Assembly: GCA_951804945.1 (NCBI GenBank) | Contig: OX638149.1 | Span: 82,522,001-82,586,000 of the forward strand | DNA length: 64,000 bases | Direction of reading: 5' to 3' | DNA from: Podarcis cretensis | Taxonomy: Eukaryota | Part shown: one piece after another, positions 52,091-64,000 of the stretch | Numbering within the stretch: position 1 is the stretch's first letter | Layout: each line of letters starts with the position of its first letter | Program-made: the position numbers and the translations under genes | The notes under the pieces: model-generated | The model's database searches: none | The model's input: only the letters and a program-made list of their open reading frames with translations | What the model was told of the DNA's origin: nothing

Positions 52091-52468
52091 AAAAGGTAAA
52101 GGTAAAGGTACCCCTGCCCGTACGGGCCAGTCTTGACAGACTCTGGGGTTGTGCGCCCATCTCACTTAAGAGGCCAGGGGCCAGCGCTGTCCGGAGACAC
52201 TTCCGGGTCACGTGGCCAGCGTGACATCGCTGCTCTGGCCAGAGCCAGAGCCAGAGCCAGAGCCGCACACGGAAACGCCGTTTACCTTCCCGCTGGTAAG
52301 CGGTCCCTATTTATCTACTTGCACCCGGAGGTGCTTTCGAACTGCTAGGTTGGCAGGCGCTGGGACCGAGCAGCGGGAGCGCACCCCGCCGCAGGGATTC
52401 GAACCGCCGACCTTTCGATCGGCAAGTCCTAGGCGCTGAGGCTTTAACCCACAGCGCCACCTGCGTCC
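52091..52468 (-). mobile_element. Sauria SINE, near-identical to the 39971 copy
   Basis: Same architecture including the (GCCAGA)n expansion; flanking direct repeat ATTTCATA. Confidence 0.93.
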
Positions 52469-54093
52469 ATTTCATAGATAGCAGTATATCAGAGTGACAA
52501 TAATCAGTTGAATGTTGCATGGACAAAAGCCCTTTAGTCAGCTACAAATATGTGCAATATTTCCTCTAATTTTTGAATTATGCTAAAAACAAAAGTTATT
52601 CCTCAATTATTTCCTCTGATAAAGAAAGGAACTAGACTAGTTCCCGCACTACGCATCAATGAGGCCAAGGAACTAGACTAGAGGGCATTCCATGAGTCAT
52701 CAGTGTTGCCAACTGACCTCAGAGGGACTGGTCTTGCTAGCTAGGGATGATGGGAGTTGTAGTCCAAAAACAGCTGGAACCCCAAGGTTGGGAAACACTG
52801 CACTAGTGCAAAGCACTAGATCTCAGCTTGCTTTCTTCTTATAGCAACTTCACACATTACCAAATTCCTAGATAGAAGACAGATTTAATGTTAACTCTCA
52901 CATGAAGCTACCTATAGACAACAACATGTAGTGATACTACACATGGGTTTTCCACTGAAGAAACATGTACTAGATGTACATGTACAGTCAGTTGCAGCTT
53001 CCTAGCAAGTGTACCTCAAGCAAGAAACCAGGGAGTAGAATTGTCAAATGCTACGTTTGCAGAGAGATTTTGGTTGTAGCATGGAAATGCCCTCTGTGCA
53101 GGAGTCGGATTGTATGTGGCGCAAGCAGCCCTTAATCAACAGTAAGATATCTAATGAATGACAGTGCTTTGGATCCGGGGCGTTCTTCTCCCAGGACAGA
53201 GTAAACAGCAAAGGAAGGAGAGAAAAGACCAAGAGAAAGGACTGAAGGGACAGAACATATGCATCATGCACAAAAGACATGCACACACCACTAAATTATT
53301 TAAGGTAACTATATTTTATACCTTTTTCATCCTGTTTCTTCATTACTTGGTATAATTAACATATTAATGGCCTAACTTAAAATACTGATCTGTTTATTCA
53401 GTGTTAGCTACCTGAGTTCTCCTCCAACTAGTACATTTAGCTGTTGTCTAATTCTCCTTTTCTGCAATTTCATAAAACTCTTCTGATTCTGGAGAAGTTG
53501 ACTAGAGTATGCCTGAGTCAGCGCTGTAGCCCAGGCAGACAAGTGAGTGGGAGATGTAAAATATTTTTTAAACAAAAACTCTATCACACACATAGAGCTT
53601 ATCAAAATTGCAGCCACATATTCTGGTTTCTGATGGGTAAATTTCCACTACAACTCTACTACTGTACAGAAATCAGAGCTCATAATTCATCACTGGTAGA
53701 ATAAATAAGATATAGTGGTTTTCAAGGATATGAATTCCTTTATCAAGGAAGCTTTCTTTCAGCTTGTGGCTCCTCTAATCTTCAGTATAGGGTAGAATAG
53801 AAAAACGCAATTCAAGAAAACTCTGCAATTCATTCTAGAAAGATGTCTTAAGAGTCAGAAATTGAACCATGCAGACAAAATACCACCAGCCCTCTCACTA
53901 TTGCAGAAGTTTACATTTTGACCATGCTAAAAGCTCTGTCGTTAAAAGAGAAGTGTCTGTGGATGTCCAGCATCAAGCCATCAAAGAGGAGCCACTGAAA
54001 TCAATAAAACAGGAACAGAAGAGACCCTTGAACCTCATTATTCACTATCCTGACAGCAAATACCTCAAGTGATCAGGAGACTAGATCAGATAT

Positions 54094-54722
54094 TGTGATA
54101 GGAATTTTGAGGTCTTAAATATATGGTAATGTTCATAAGTGTACCAACCAAGCACGTACATAGATCAGCACAGGAAGACCCACCTGAAACCATTTTGATT
54201 CCCAAACTGACCAAATGTTTTCCCTGCAAGGAGGGAGGGGGGGTCAGGGAGCCTTCCCACTGTCTCATGAATTGAGTAATCAGCATTTTAATGGGGGACA
54301 GACAATCAGGAAAGGCAATCAGATAACCTGGCAAACAGGAAAAACAACATTCAAATTTCTGTTTTAGACCGCCTTTTCTGTGATGTAGGTATGATGTATT
54401 TGGGGGGTGGTCTTAGGTTACACCCCTTCTGTGATGTATGTATGATGTTTCTGGGGGTGGTCCTGATCTACAGGGTGGCAATTTTAAAAGTCTTTATAAG
54501 GCCTTGTGCGCCATTGTTCTGGGTTCCTCCTCCTTTCCTGCGGGTGAGGGGAGCATCCTGTTGCAACAGATCAATAAAGATCAAGCTTACTAGCTGCTTC
54601 GCTTCTCAATCTTCTCTGGTTGGCCTCTGTTATTTTCTCCTACCAATAGGGAACCTACGTAAGGACTCTATATGGGCTCTTGGATACCCCATAAGGGAAA
54701 AGGGCAATTTTCGTTTATTACA
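54094..54722 (+). mobile_element. Probable solo LTR (ERV-like), ~630 bp
   Basis: TGTGATA...TATTACA termini, near-TSD ATAT/ACAT, 51-bp tandem duplication, TATA-like TTTATAAG (54493-54500), AATAAA (54573-54578). Confidence 0.72.
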
Positions 54723-54878
54723 ACATTCATATTTATCCCACAAACTTTTTGCCCTACTAAAGACTTGAGATTTCCAGCATATCAAGTATTCAGATAATCA
54801 ATTACTTAACCTCTTTCTTCTTTAAGTCCAACATCCCAGAGGGAGACACTGCAAACTACTGCAAACCTTTTACCAATA

Positions 54879-55104
54879 CAGTGGTACCTTGGGTTACAGA
54901 TGCTTCAGGTTACAGACTCCGCTAATCCATAAATAGTACCTCAGGTTAAGAACTTTGCTTCAGGATGAAAACAGAAATCATGCTCCAGCAGCATGGTGGC
55001 AGTGGGGGGCCCCATTAGCTAAAGTGGTACCTCAGGTTAAGAACAGTTTCAGGTTAAGAACGGACCTCCAGAACGAATTAAGTTCTTAACCCGAGGTACC
55101 ACTC
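54879..55104. mobile_element. Same MITE family as 20707-20948, opposite orientation
   Basis: TIR CAGTGGTACC, TA flanks, reverse-complement similarity to the 20.7-kb copy. Confidence 0.85.
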
Positions 55105-56286
55105 TATATAAAATAGCTCAAATAAGACTCTTTCTTTGATAGAGCTGTAGTGGATTCAGGGTTGATTCAGCCTTATACCCCAGTGAGTCCACCCTTATAC
55201 ACCACCCTGCAGAGGTTCCGTACTCTCAATACAAGGTTGTGCCTTAAGAGCAGTAACTGGGGCACTATTCATTTGGTACCTTGCCTTTTGTTTGGATTTG
55301 CCCCTTGCTCAAGGCAAGCTTAGCAAGTCTCAAGACATCCTGACAACACAGCAAGAGATGCTGCTAAAAGCAGGATGGAGGGATGAAAAGGGGGAAATAC
55401 AGTCATCTATGGGAAAAACAAAATCTGTGCCAGTATACAAGGCTAACGTCAGGGGTAGCCAACATGTTGTAGGACTACAGTTCCCATCAGCTCCAGTCAT
55501 GTTAGTTACCCCTGGCTTACATGATAACATACAAACTTTGGAGTCTTAGGGCATTCCATGTAGTAGTGCAATGGTGTCTCAGCCAAGAACTGCTAGAAAG
55601 AGGGAGCTCCTGCGTAACTGCCTCTGTCTCTCTCCCTCACATACACTTAAGCCACCACATTCGAAAATGGCGTTTTGTTTTTTTTACTCCATCCCATCTA
55701 TTCCTCAGATAAGAGCCCAAGGGCACCCAACTCTTTAAATGATAGGCCTTCTCCCACTACAGTGCTGCAGTAAACTTTTCCTTTATATGAGAGGTACAGG
55801 AAACCTCTTAGGTCTTTTCTTTGGGCAGGGCTTTGGTGTCTTTGACAACATGCCAAGGAGAATTTCAGCTGTTTCCCCCACCCCCACCCCCACCCTGAGG
55901 ATGCAGCAATGGAAAAAGCAGAATCTGCTGAATTTCTGTCTTCAGTGTATCTGGCAAAGGCACAGAGCCTCTATCAAGGGGACAAACCTAATGGGCGGTG
56001 AGGGGGGAATTTGTTCACTGTCATTTGTTTGCTTTTAATCAGGTTTGTCTGCTTGTCTGTGGTAAGAATTGCTTTCTGGCAAATAGTTATCATCCCCCCC
56101 CCCCTTTTAAACCACAAGTGATTAGCAAGGTAGGTGTGGGCAGGTGGGTTAATAAAAAATAAACCACTGCAGGCTAGCAACTTTAGTGGTCAGTGCTACT
56201 TTTAGCCATTCTTGAAGGTAAATAATATAGACAGGGTGTTTTAAGCGGTGAATTGGAAGCTTTAATATACCAGGTATTATTTTCAA

Positions 56287-56325
<39 letters not shown>
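56287..56325. repeat. (GAT)n microsatellite
   Basis: Direct read. Confidence 0.95.
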
Positions 56326-56327
<2 letters not shown>

Positions 56328-59300
56328 AATTTTTTTATTTATACCCTGCACTTCCCAGTTTAAAAACCGGGCTCAGGGTGGCTAATAACAAATATAAAAC
56401 ATTGAAAAAGGCTTCTGTCTCAAGTAAAAGGGGTCCCAATCCTTCAGAATGCTGTCAGTGAATGTTCACTGCTTGGGGGGAGCTACTAATGTTGTAGTTT
56501 GACCAAGTTTGAGGCAGAGGAACCACCATGTTATCGTAAGCCCTGCATAAAGAATGAATGGCTTTCTTACCAGTCATTTTGTTTGTTTGAAAAATTCCCT
56601 CCCTCTTTCAGAATTTGACTTTGTATCAAAATTTACCATTTAAAAAGGATCCAGAATTCTCCAGTACAGCGCCTTCCCTGGGAATACTTAAGACCTCTGT
56701 GACCTGAGGGAAGGCAGAAGCCAGGATGCCTATGTCAAGAAAAACACATATGCTTTCATCAACAGCCTGAGAGAGCTGTTAAGGCAGCCTGTATCCCACC
56801 ACCCCTGGAGTGACTTAAGACCTGCATGCCCTGAGGGAAGGCAGAAGCTGTGGTGCCCAGTCCAGGGAGCACACATAGCATCAGCTCCTGACAGGGCCAT
56901 CAACAGCCTGAGAGGACTCTGTTGCTCTGTATTTTATACAATCTATTTGTTTCAGTAACTTAAAATTGTAACTAACCTTGGGTGCCTTGGCAGAAAGGCA
57001 GTATAGTAATGTAATAAATACACAAATAATAACACATAATAATACACAAATATGTTACATATTAATGGTGCAACAGATCTCATTTGTTATATCCCCAGAA
57101 ATGATCACACCACCGTTTATTTTATTTTTAAAATGCATTTGTGATTAAGGAAGCTACATGGGATTTTCCCTTTTAACACCCTCCCCACAGTGCAGGAAAA
57201 ATATCTAAATGGCCTGAAGTGAGGGCCAAACCAGACATGACATCGGGAGATTGGCAACTGGATCACCTAAGTGTCTTCTTTGGTTTTTAAAGTAAAGCAG
57301 CCATTCTGTCATTTTCCTAGGTTAAATGCCCACCTCTGAAGTCCCATGGGGATAACAGCAGGGGTCGCCAGTGTGGCCCCTGTGTGCACAATGGCACTCT
57401 TGAGGCCTTCCTATTGTTGTCTATGAAGCCTCTGAGCTTCTCCACAGCCACTCACTGCCACCCTTGGTCATGAGGTAGCATGGGTGGTTAGTTTTTTCTC
57501 CTTGTAAAAGTACATAGAGCTTAAGAAGGCGTCTGTATATATTTCAAGGCTCATATTAATCCTACTAGATCAGACTTTTACCCAGATTCCTTTGTCTGTA
57601 TGGACTTTTCCTCCTTCTCTTGCGAGGCGGAGAGTAATCTGAGAAGACAGGAGTCAGAGTAGTGTCAATATAAGTAGGGGAGTCTGTGGCAGAGGAACCA
57701 ACCATTCATAAACCTGTCAGAAAAAGGGAGGGATCCCCATCCATTTTGCTTTTTTTTTAAAAAAGATCCCTCCCATTGGTTTCAAAATTTTACTTTACAT
57801 CAAAGTTTACCATTTAACTAGGTCACAGAAATCTCCAGAGAGAGATACAAATTATAGCAAAAGTGTTCTGCAAATACTATGCAGTTAGGTATAAGACACT
57901 TGAGCAAATGCTTCCAGTTTTATCTCAGGCTATGGCAAACAATGGAATGGAGGACACAGAGAGAAACACTTTCTGGAATGGTTTTAATAATCAGCCACAG
58001 GGAGATTTGAGGTGTTTCTTTCTGAGGGTGAAATTTTGGGTTTTACATAGCTATGAACATCTGTTTGAAATCTCAGCTGCTGCTGCTGCTGCTATTCCTA
58101 CTACTACCCACTAAGCAACTCTTAATATTCCCACTCAAATCTTAGGATAATAAGAAGTTGTGTTCTTCCAGCTTCTGGAAGCTGAACCAAACAAGCTGTA
58201 GTAAGTGCAACCCAGAGAAATTTGCTTCTACATGTTTATTTCTCACAAACATAAATAGGACACAACTAATTTTAGTCCAATTCATTTAAAGGGTCTTTTA
58301 AAGTGTATTGAAATTAGGCCTGATTCTCATTAAGGTATCTGTGTCTGGGGCATATCTCTTCTCAAATCTCACGATTGAATGCTTCTCTGCACAATGCTAG
58401 ATGTCAGAGGGAAAGTCTAACCTTCTTCCTGAGAAGCTAGCATTCTATGCACAGCATTGTTCTACAGCATTGGCTACTGAGGATTATTCAGTCATGTAAG
58501 CCCCTATCTAAAATGTGATGTACTACAGCAGGGGTGAGAAGTGTTTGGTCTGTCAGGGAGTCCAATTTCCCCCAAAACCATGCCCACCTGTCAATCAGCT
58601 GGCATCACTGGGTGGCATCAGCTGATGGGGAGGTGAGTTTTAATACTCCTGGCTGCTACTTTGCCACTGAAGCAGACTCCTTCCCCCAACTTTCAGGTCA
58701 ACTTTGACAGGTGGTTGGAGGGGACTGCTCATGTATCAGTGACCTGACATCATTATGACACCAGATAATTGACAGGTAGGTGGGCCCACCCACATGTCAA
58801 AGGGGTGATGGGGGAATTAAGATCTAGTCCGCTGGGCCAAAAAGATTCTCCATCCCCTTTTGACAGCCAGAGGTTTACAACCTTTGTAACAACTAGACCT
58901 TATTCTTAACTTTGCCTAAGATATTAAGATTTGGATACAGAATAAATGCAAAAGGAAAAAGGAAAAACTTATTTAATATGAAATCAGTGAAGTGAGCTAA
59001 ACTGAATAAAATCAGAAACTCCTTCCTAAAGAATGCTTAATCCTTGTGGTTTTCGAACTCAACAGGGTAGATACCATCAGCAAGAAAAGCAGTGGTTGTC
59101 TACCAGCTAAAGAACATATTGATGCTATGCAATTCAAACTATGTTCACCATGAGTTAAACAACACCTAATTTGCACAATCCAGAAAGTAAGAGTTTCTCC
59201 CCCTGCGCTAATTTGGATTTCCAAAGGCCTCCCAAGGTCTCATGACCACAGAACACACACATCATGTAAACGTACTATGCATTTGCCCTTCCCCTTGCAT

Positions 59301-59465
59301 TCCAAACTGCTTTACTGCCCAGGCAGTGATCACTGCCCCATTCCATGATGATTCAAAATCTCTGTTTTTAAGCGCTGAAGCAGAGCAAGAGAGTAACAGT
59401 TTCCTGTCTTTTGTTCAACTCAAGCATTAAATTACTTCAGAATAGCTCTTTGTTTTAAAATGCAA

Positions 59466-59468
<3 letters not shown>

Positions 59469-59517
<49 letters not shown>
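59469..59517. repeat. (TC)n microsatellite
   Basis: Direct read. Confidence 0.95.
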
Positions 59518-59518
<1 letters not shown>

Positions 59519-62342
59519 AGTAGGAGCATAATGGTACAAGTGTACCAATAATAAAAGGTCTGAAAGAGACAACACTGCAGATGTAGCTTGGTGTACAACT
59601 ATGACTTCAGAAAGATGCTGTCATGACCAAGTGAGAGACTACTTCATCTGGAACCTGCTGGGTCACTTTGGCAGGACTGGGAATCCCCTTGTTAAGTGAT
59701 TGTTCAGTGCCTAACACAACCAGGTTCCAATCCATATTGAGGGCTATCTATTGTAAAGACATAACAAAATAAGACAATGTGGATTTCAACAAGTGGTGAG
59801 TTTTCTGTTCGAGAATTTAGCCCAGCCTCTATTTCAGTGTTTCTCAAACTGTTGTACATGTGGCCTTTGTGTTGTGGCAGCATAAGCATGGTTGGTGCAG
59901 TCTGGCTGTGGATCATTGTTTCTACTCTTTCCTTTTAATATTTAAACATTAAGTAGTGGCTAAGGAGTAATTCAAGGTAATATTGAACACATCTTATTAG
60001 TAAACTACTAAAGGGTTTGTACATCTACAGTTGATTTTTCCTTGTTTTTAAGCTATGGGTGAAGAGGACATAGACACAACAACAGAACCCTGTAAAGGAG
60101 AAAATAATACTTAAACATCCAGCTATGAAAGATGCTGTCATTTGATAAGTATATAGACCTAGAACACTGGATTCAATGTCCTATGCTGATTGGGTGGCTT
60201 TGAGGAAATGTCTCTCTGTTGTTCTCTTTCAGTCTCCGTTCCCCCCTTAGTGCAAGAACAAATAAGCACTTTGCAAACTAAAGCAAATAGTAATAACCAA
60301 ATAGAGTGTTGTACTTGGAAATGAGAAGCCAGAGATCAGAACTGCTCAGCCTTAATAAACTCACTGGCTGCTTTTCATAATAACAACACTGGCATTTTTC
60401 CAGCAGGCAACATACCAAATGGGTAGACATTTAACATTAAAAAGGAAGTTATCACAAAGCTTCAGATTTACAGCAGGCTGTGAAATGTATTGTTGCCACT
60501 ACCTGAAGCACCCTTTATAACAGAGATTCTGAACTGAACTGATCTGTGCATGCCACCTACCTATTATTCCCATCTCACGATCCAGGATTGAAAACTGCTT
60601 AACCTCCTATACTACCACCACCCTCAGCACCCATCATGACCCATTGGTCTGACCTCCTGACATTTGGGAACGTTTTATTTATTATTGGATGCTCTGGAAA
60701 AACAGAGCTAATTCAGTATGAAGCTACTAGTTTCATATAAGCCATAAGACTATTATCTACACATCTTTTCCCAGGGCTGCTTATTATTCTCCTACATGAA
60801 CTGGCAGAACTGGAAACATATCATATACGGTAATCAAAGAAATAAATCACTTGTAATATGTGCCTATGAGCAATACTGCATGTCTTTTCCAAAAGACAAT
60901 AAGATGAATTGTTTTCCTTTGGTTATTCGCTAATCACTTTGACTCGATGGACTAGTGCATTAAGTAGCATCTTGGGTCAGGCTAATTCATCACCACACGA
61001 GTGAAGTATGTTTCAAAGCAGAAAGGCCAGACAAAACCCATGACTTACAGTTATAAAGGCAGCAGAACACTTTTGTCCAATTTCAAAGGTCAGTGCATAA
61101 GAGTCCTTACCTATAGATAGAAACTGCACACAGATTATGTAATTCAAACAAGGAGCTACAGGGAGAGCATAAGAGAAGGTGTGCATCTATAAGCACATTT
61201 ATGAAAATTAGTATGAACAAATAGAAAGGAGGACAGAGCTCCTATTTCTTCAATAGTTGCATAGAAGAGGAAATATCAACAGGTGCTACCTGTCGTGTTA
61301 ATACTGCCTAACTATGTACCAACTATAATTTCTTCATGAGAAATATTAACTGGATAGAAATCTTGGTCTCTGTTGCATCTTGTCACCCTAATGAAAGTAT
61401 GCATAACGATACTAATCTGTCCATTTACATATCAGTGCGCAAAGCAATACAAAAGGTATAGACGGAAAATGCCCTAAACTGACCGAACGTGCTCTACCAG
61501 AATACTTGTTTGTTTAGCCCCCATCCTGATCTACTTGCGCAAAGCTTATGTGGTGGTTAGACTATGTTCACTCTTCACTGAGCATTCATTTTGATTTATT
61601 CAGAGGGCGGTTACACAATAAACATTTGTCCTGCATTCATCCTGATTTGATTGTGGGGTATTTACACATCTTCCGATTAATCATTCATTCACCCCACACT
61701 TATCAATACTTTCCCCGTCACTTAAATAAACTGCAGTATATCAGCTTTTTGTTTAGTTTTAACTGAATTTGTTGCACTAGGCTGACAGGGGACTGCACAA
61801 ATCTAAAGTTCCAGTATGTACTTTAATTCCTCCTGCTAAATATTGACCTTCTGGAAGTTCAAAAACCAGATGTCCTCCACTCTGCTAACAAGCAAAAATA
61901 GATATGCACATCTTGATAATATAATGCTAAATACCATCACCAGAAAGCTCACACTTGCTTGTCTCAGACAACATATATATCCATGTTTATTTCCATGTAA
62001 ATACTTCCAGTATCCACAGTAAACAGGCTTAAGGACATGCAGTGCTCTCCAGAAAATTATTTGGTAGGCTTTGCAGAAATGGTTTGCCCCCTACGCTATA
62101 TACACTTCATAAGACAATATACAGATGTATAATACCAATCAGGCATCCTTGTGCAGAATGAACACTTCTTGCAGCAGCCCACTTTTTTTCTCCTCCTCCC
62201 TTAACCTGCCTTCTCCAGCCAAGAATGCCTGCCTAGTTCTTTTGCCCCTCCTTCTCATACAAAAGAGAAGGCAACATTACATGATTAACTAGGTCATGGA
62301 CATCCATAATAATACTGCACGCCAGACAGGGTTCCTTATCCA

Positions 62343-62631
62343 TGTTCTGGCGGTTCCCTCATTGCAAGAAGTGAGGCTACAGGGAACCAGGCAGAGGGCC
62401 TTCTCGGTAGTGGCGCCCGACCTGTGGAACGCCCTCCCATCAGATGTCAAAGAGATAAAGAATTACCTGTCATTCAGAAGACATCTTAAGGCAGCCCTGT
62501 TCAGGGAAGTTTTTAATATGTAATGCTGTATTGTTTTTAACACTGATTGGGAGCCGCCCAGAGTGGCTGGGGAAACTCAGCCAGATGGGCGGGGTATAAA
62601 TAATAAATTATTATTATTATTATTATTATTT
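62343..62631 (+). mobile_element. L2-type LINE 3' end with (ATT)n tail
   Basis: Encodes RAFSVVAPDLWNALP...FRRHLKAALF, typical of the L2/CR1 ORF2 C-terminus. Confidence 0.85.
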
Positions 62632-64000
62632 CAAATGGGAACCTCTGTAGATGCTTGCAAGTCTGGTTCCGTATTTATGCAGACTCTCCTCTGACCCTGC
62701 GCACCTATAAAAACCCTCTAGATTAGGATAAAGAGAAGTATTCCTTGAGCTAATAATGTCCCTGAAAAGAATATTCATAAGGCTGAGTTGGGTCATGTGT
62801 GTGACACAGTGTTTTACTGTTTATAATTGGGCTTCAGTTTCAAATGAATGCGAGCAGCCAGTTTATAATTGCAAGAAATACATCTATGCTTTGAAAAATA
62901 ACTCAAAAGTCCAAAAACAAGGTACCTTCTTACATAAGATGAAGTGTCACAAAGCAAAATTCCACTACTTGAACAACAGCTATTGTTCCTCTTAAAAGCA
63001 AACTTTAGAAAGGGAACGAGACACAAATCTACAGTAAACAGTAGTTTTAAGACCATGGAACAGTAAGCAGGAAGGATTAGCAGCTGAGATTTGGTCTCCT
63101 GTGTACATTCCTCAAAACAAACGCATAGCTTCTGTCTGCTAATATAAAGCAGTGAACTTTCATAGTAAACAAGCAATTGCTTTAGGATAAAAGTCTGCCA
63201 CTTCCTAAGGATATTGTTCAAAACATATGCAAAGCAAAACTGCAATATATATTCATGTAGAAAAATCGCCTTTAGGCATTAGTTAGGATTTGTAGAAATT
63301 TAATTTGAACATGGCAAAATACTGCCATATTTATTTGGAAAGCAACATAGTCCCTCATACTTCATGCAATTACCTTGTTAAGGTAGGACAGCAAAGCCCT
63401 TCTCAGAAATAAACAATGCAGTACATAGAAATAGGAACACAGTAAGTGGGAGTAAGATAAATGCATGCCTTCAGACTGAAAGGTATCACCACTTTTTATA
63501 CATCTAAAACTAGATGAGCAAATGGTGATTCCCACTGGCCCATCCTCCAAAACACAGCAAACACTTTTTATTGGATTTCTGCTAACCTTATTGTGACAAT
63601 TTTTACAGTTTCCTTTAATCAAGCTAAAAGCTTATTACTCTAAGATCAGAAAAATATTAAATCTATTTTTATTGTCATTTTTGGAAACAAGGACAACAGA
63701 ACATTTAAAAAAAACCTAAGAAACACCACAATGAAATGAAATATCAACTTAATACTAAAAGAGAATTTTAGGAAGAGACATTCCCACCTCTCAACATAGT
63801 TAATACCAATTTCCTGAGTAGGAGCTTTCCTTTGACTCCCATTTTTTGTCTCTCTAACACATAAAAAAATGACACTTGACTGACTAAAAACAAACCATCA
63901 CAAACATACATATGAAATGTAGAAAGAGAGTGTCTTTAACAGACGCCCTATACAAAAACTAAGTAACATAAACATTTATATAAGCAAGAATGCAATAAAT

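Overview
Vertebrate (squamate, most likely lacertid lizard, judged from Sauria-type SINEs plus BovB, L2 and CR1 repeats) genomic DNA. It carries one protein-coding gene on the minus strand: DAGLA (diacylglycerol lipase alpha, the 2-AG endocannabinoid synthase). All 19 coding exons could be traced by hand with consistent splice phases: ATG at 28135, stop at 2131-2133, CDS 3093 nt = 1030 aa, with the Ser/Asp/His triad and the Homer-binding PPRLF motif intact. Positions 1-2130 are probable 3' UTR or downstream sequence. Positions 28180-64000 are most likely a long first intron; no non-coding exon 1 or CpG-island promoter was recognised. The rest is transposon-derived: three Sauria SINEs, BovB/L2/CR1 3' ends, Tc1/mariner and hAT MITEs, a probable solo LTR, a decayed DIRS-like ORF1, Penelope-like remnants and an unclassified TSD-flanked retroposon. 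Most six-frame ORFs are spurious. No wholly new gene system is evident. The most interesting signal is a cluster of unusual splicing features: two consecutive GC-AG introns directly after the catalytic Ser and Asp exons, a candidate stop-containing cassette exon and a YCAY/U1-like motif-rich tract in the second of those introns, and a recursive-splice-like AG|GTGAG site at the start of the ATG exon. Exon numbers follow the mammalian gene as recalled; TE family names come from motif recognition, not database searches.
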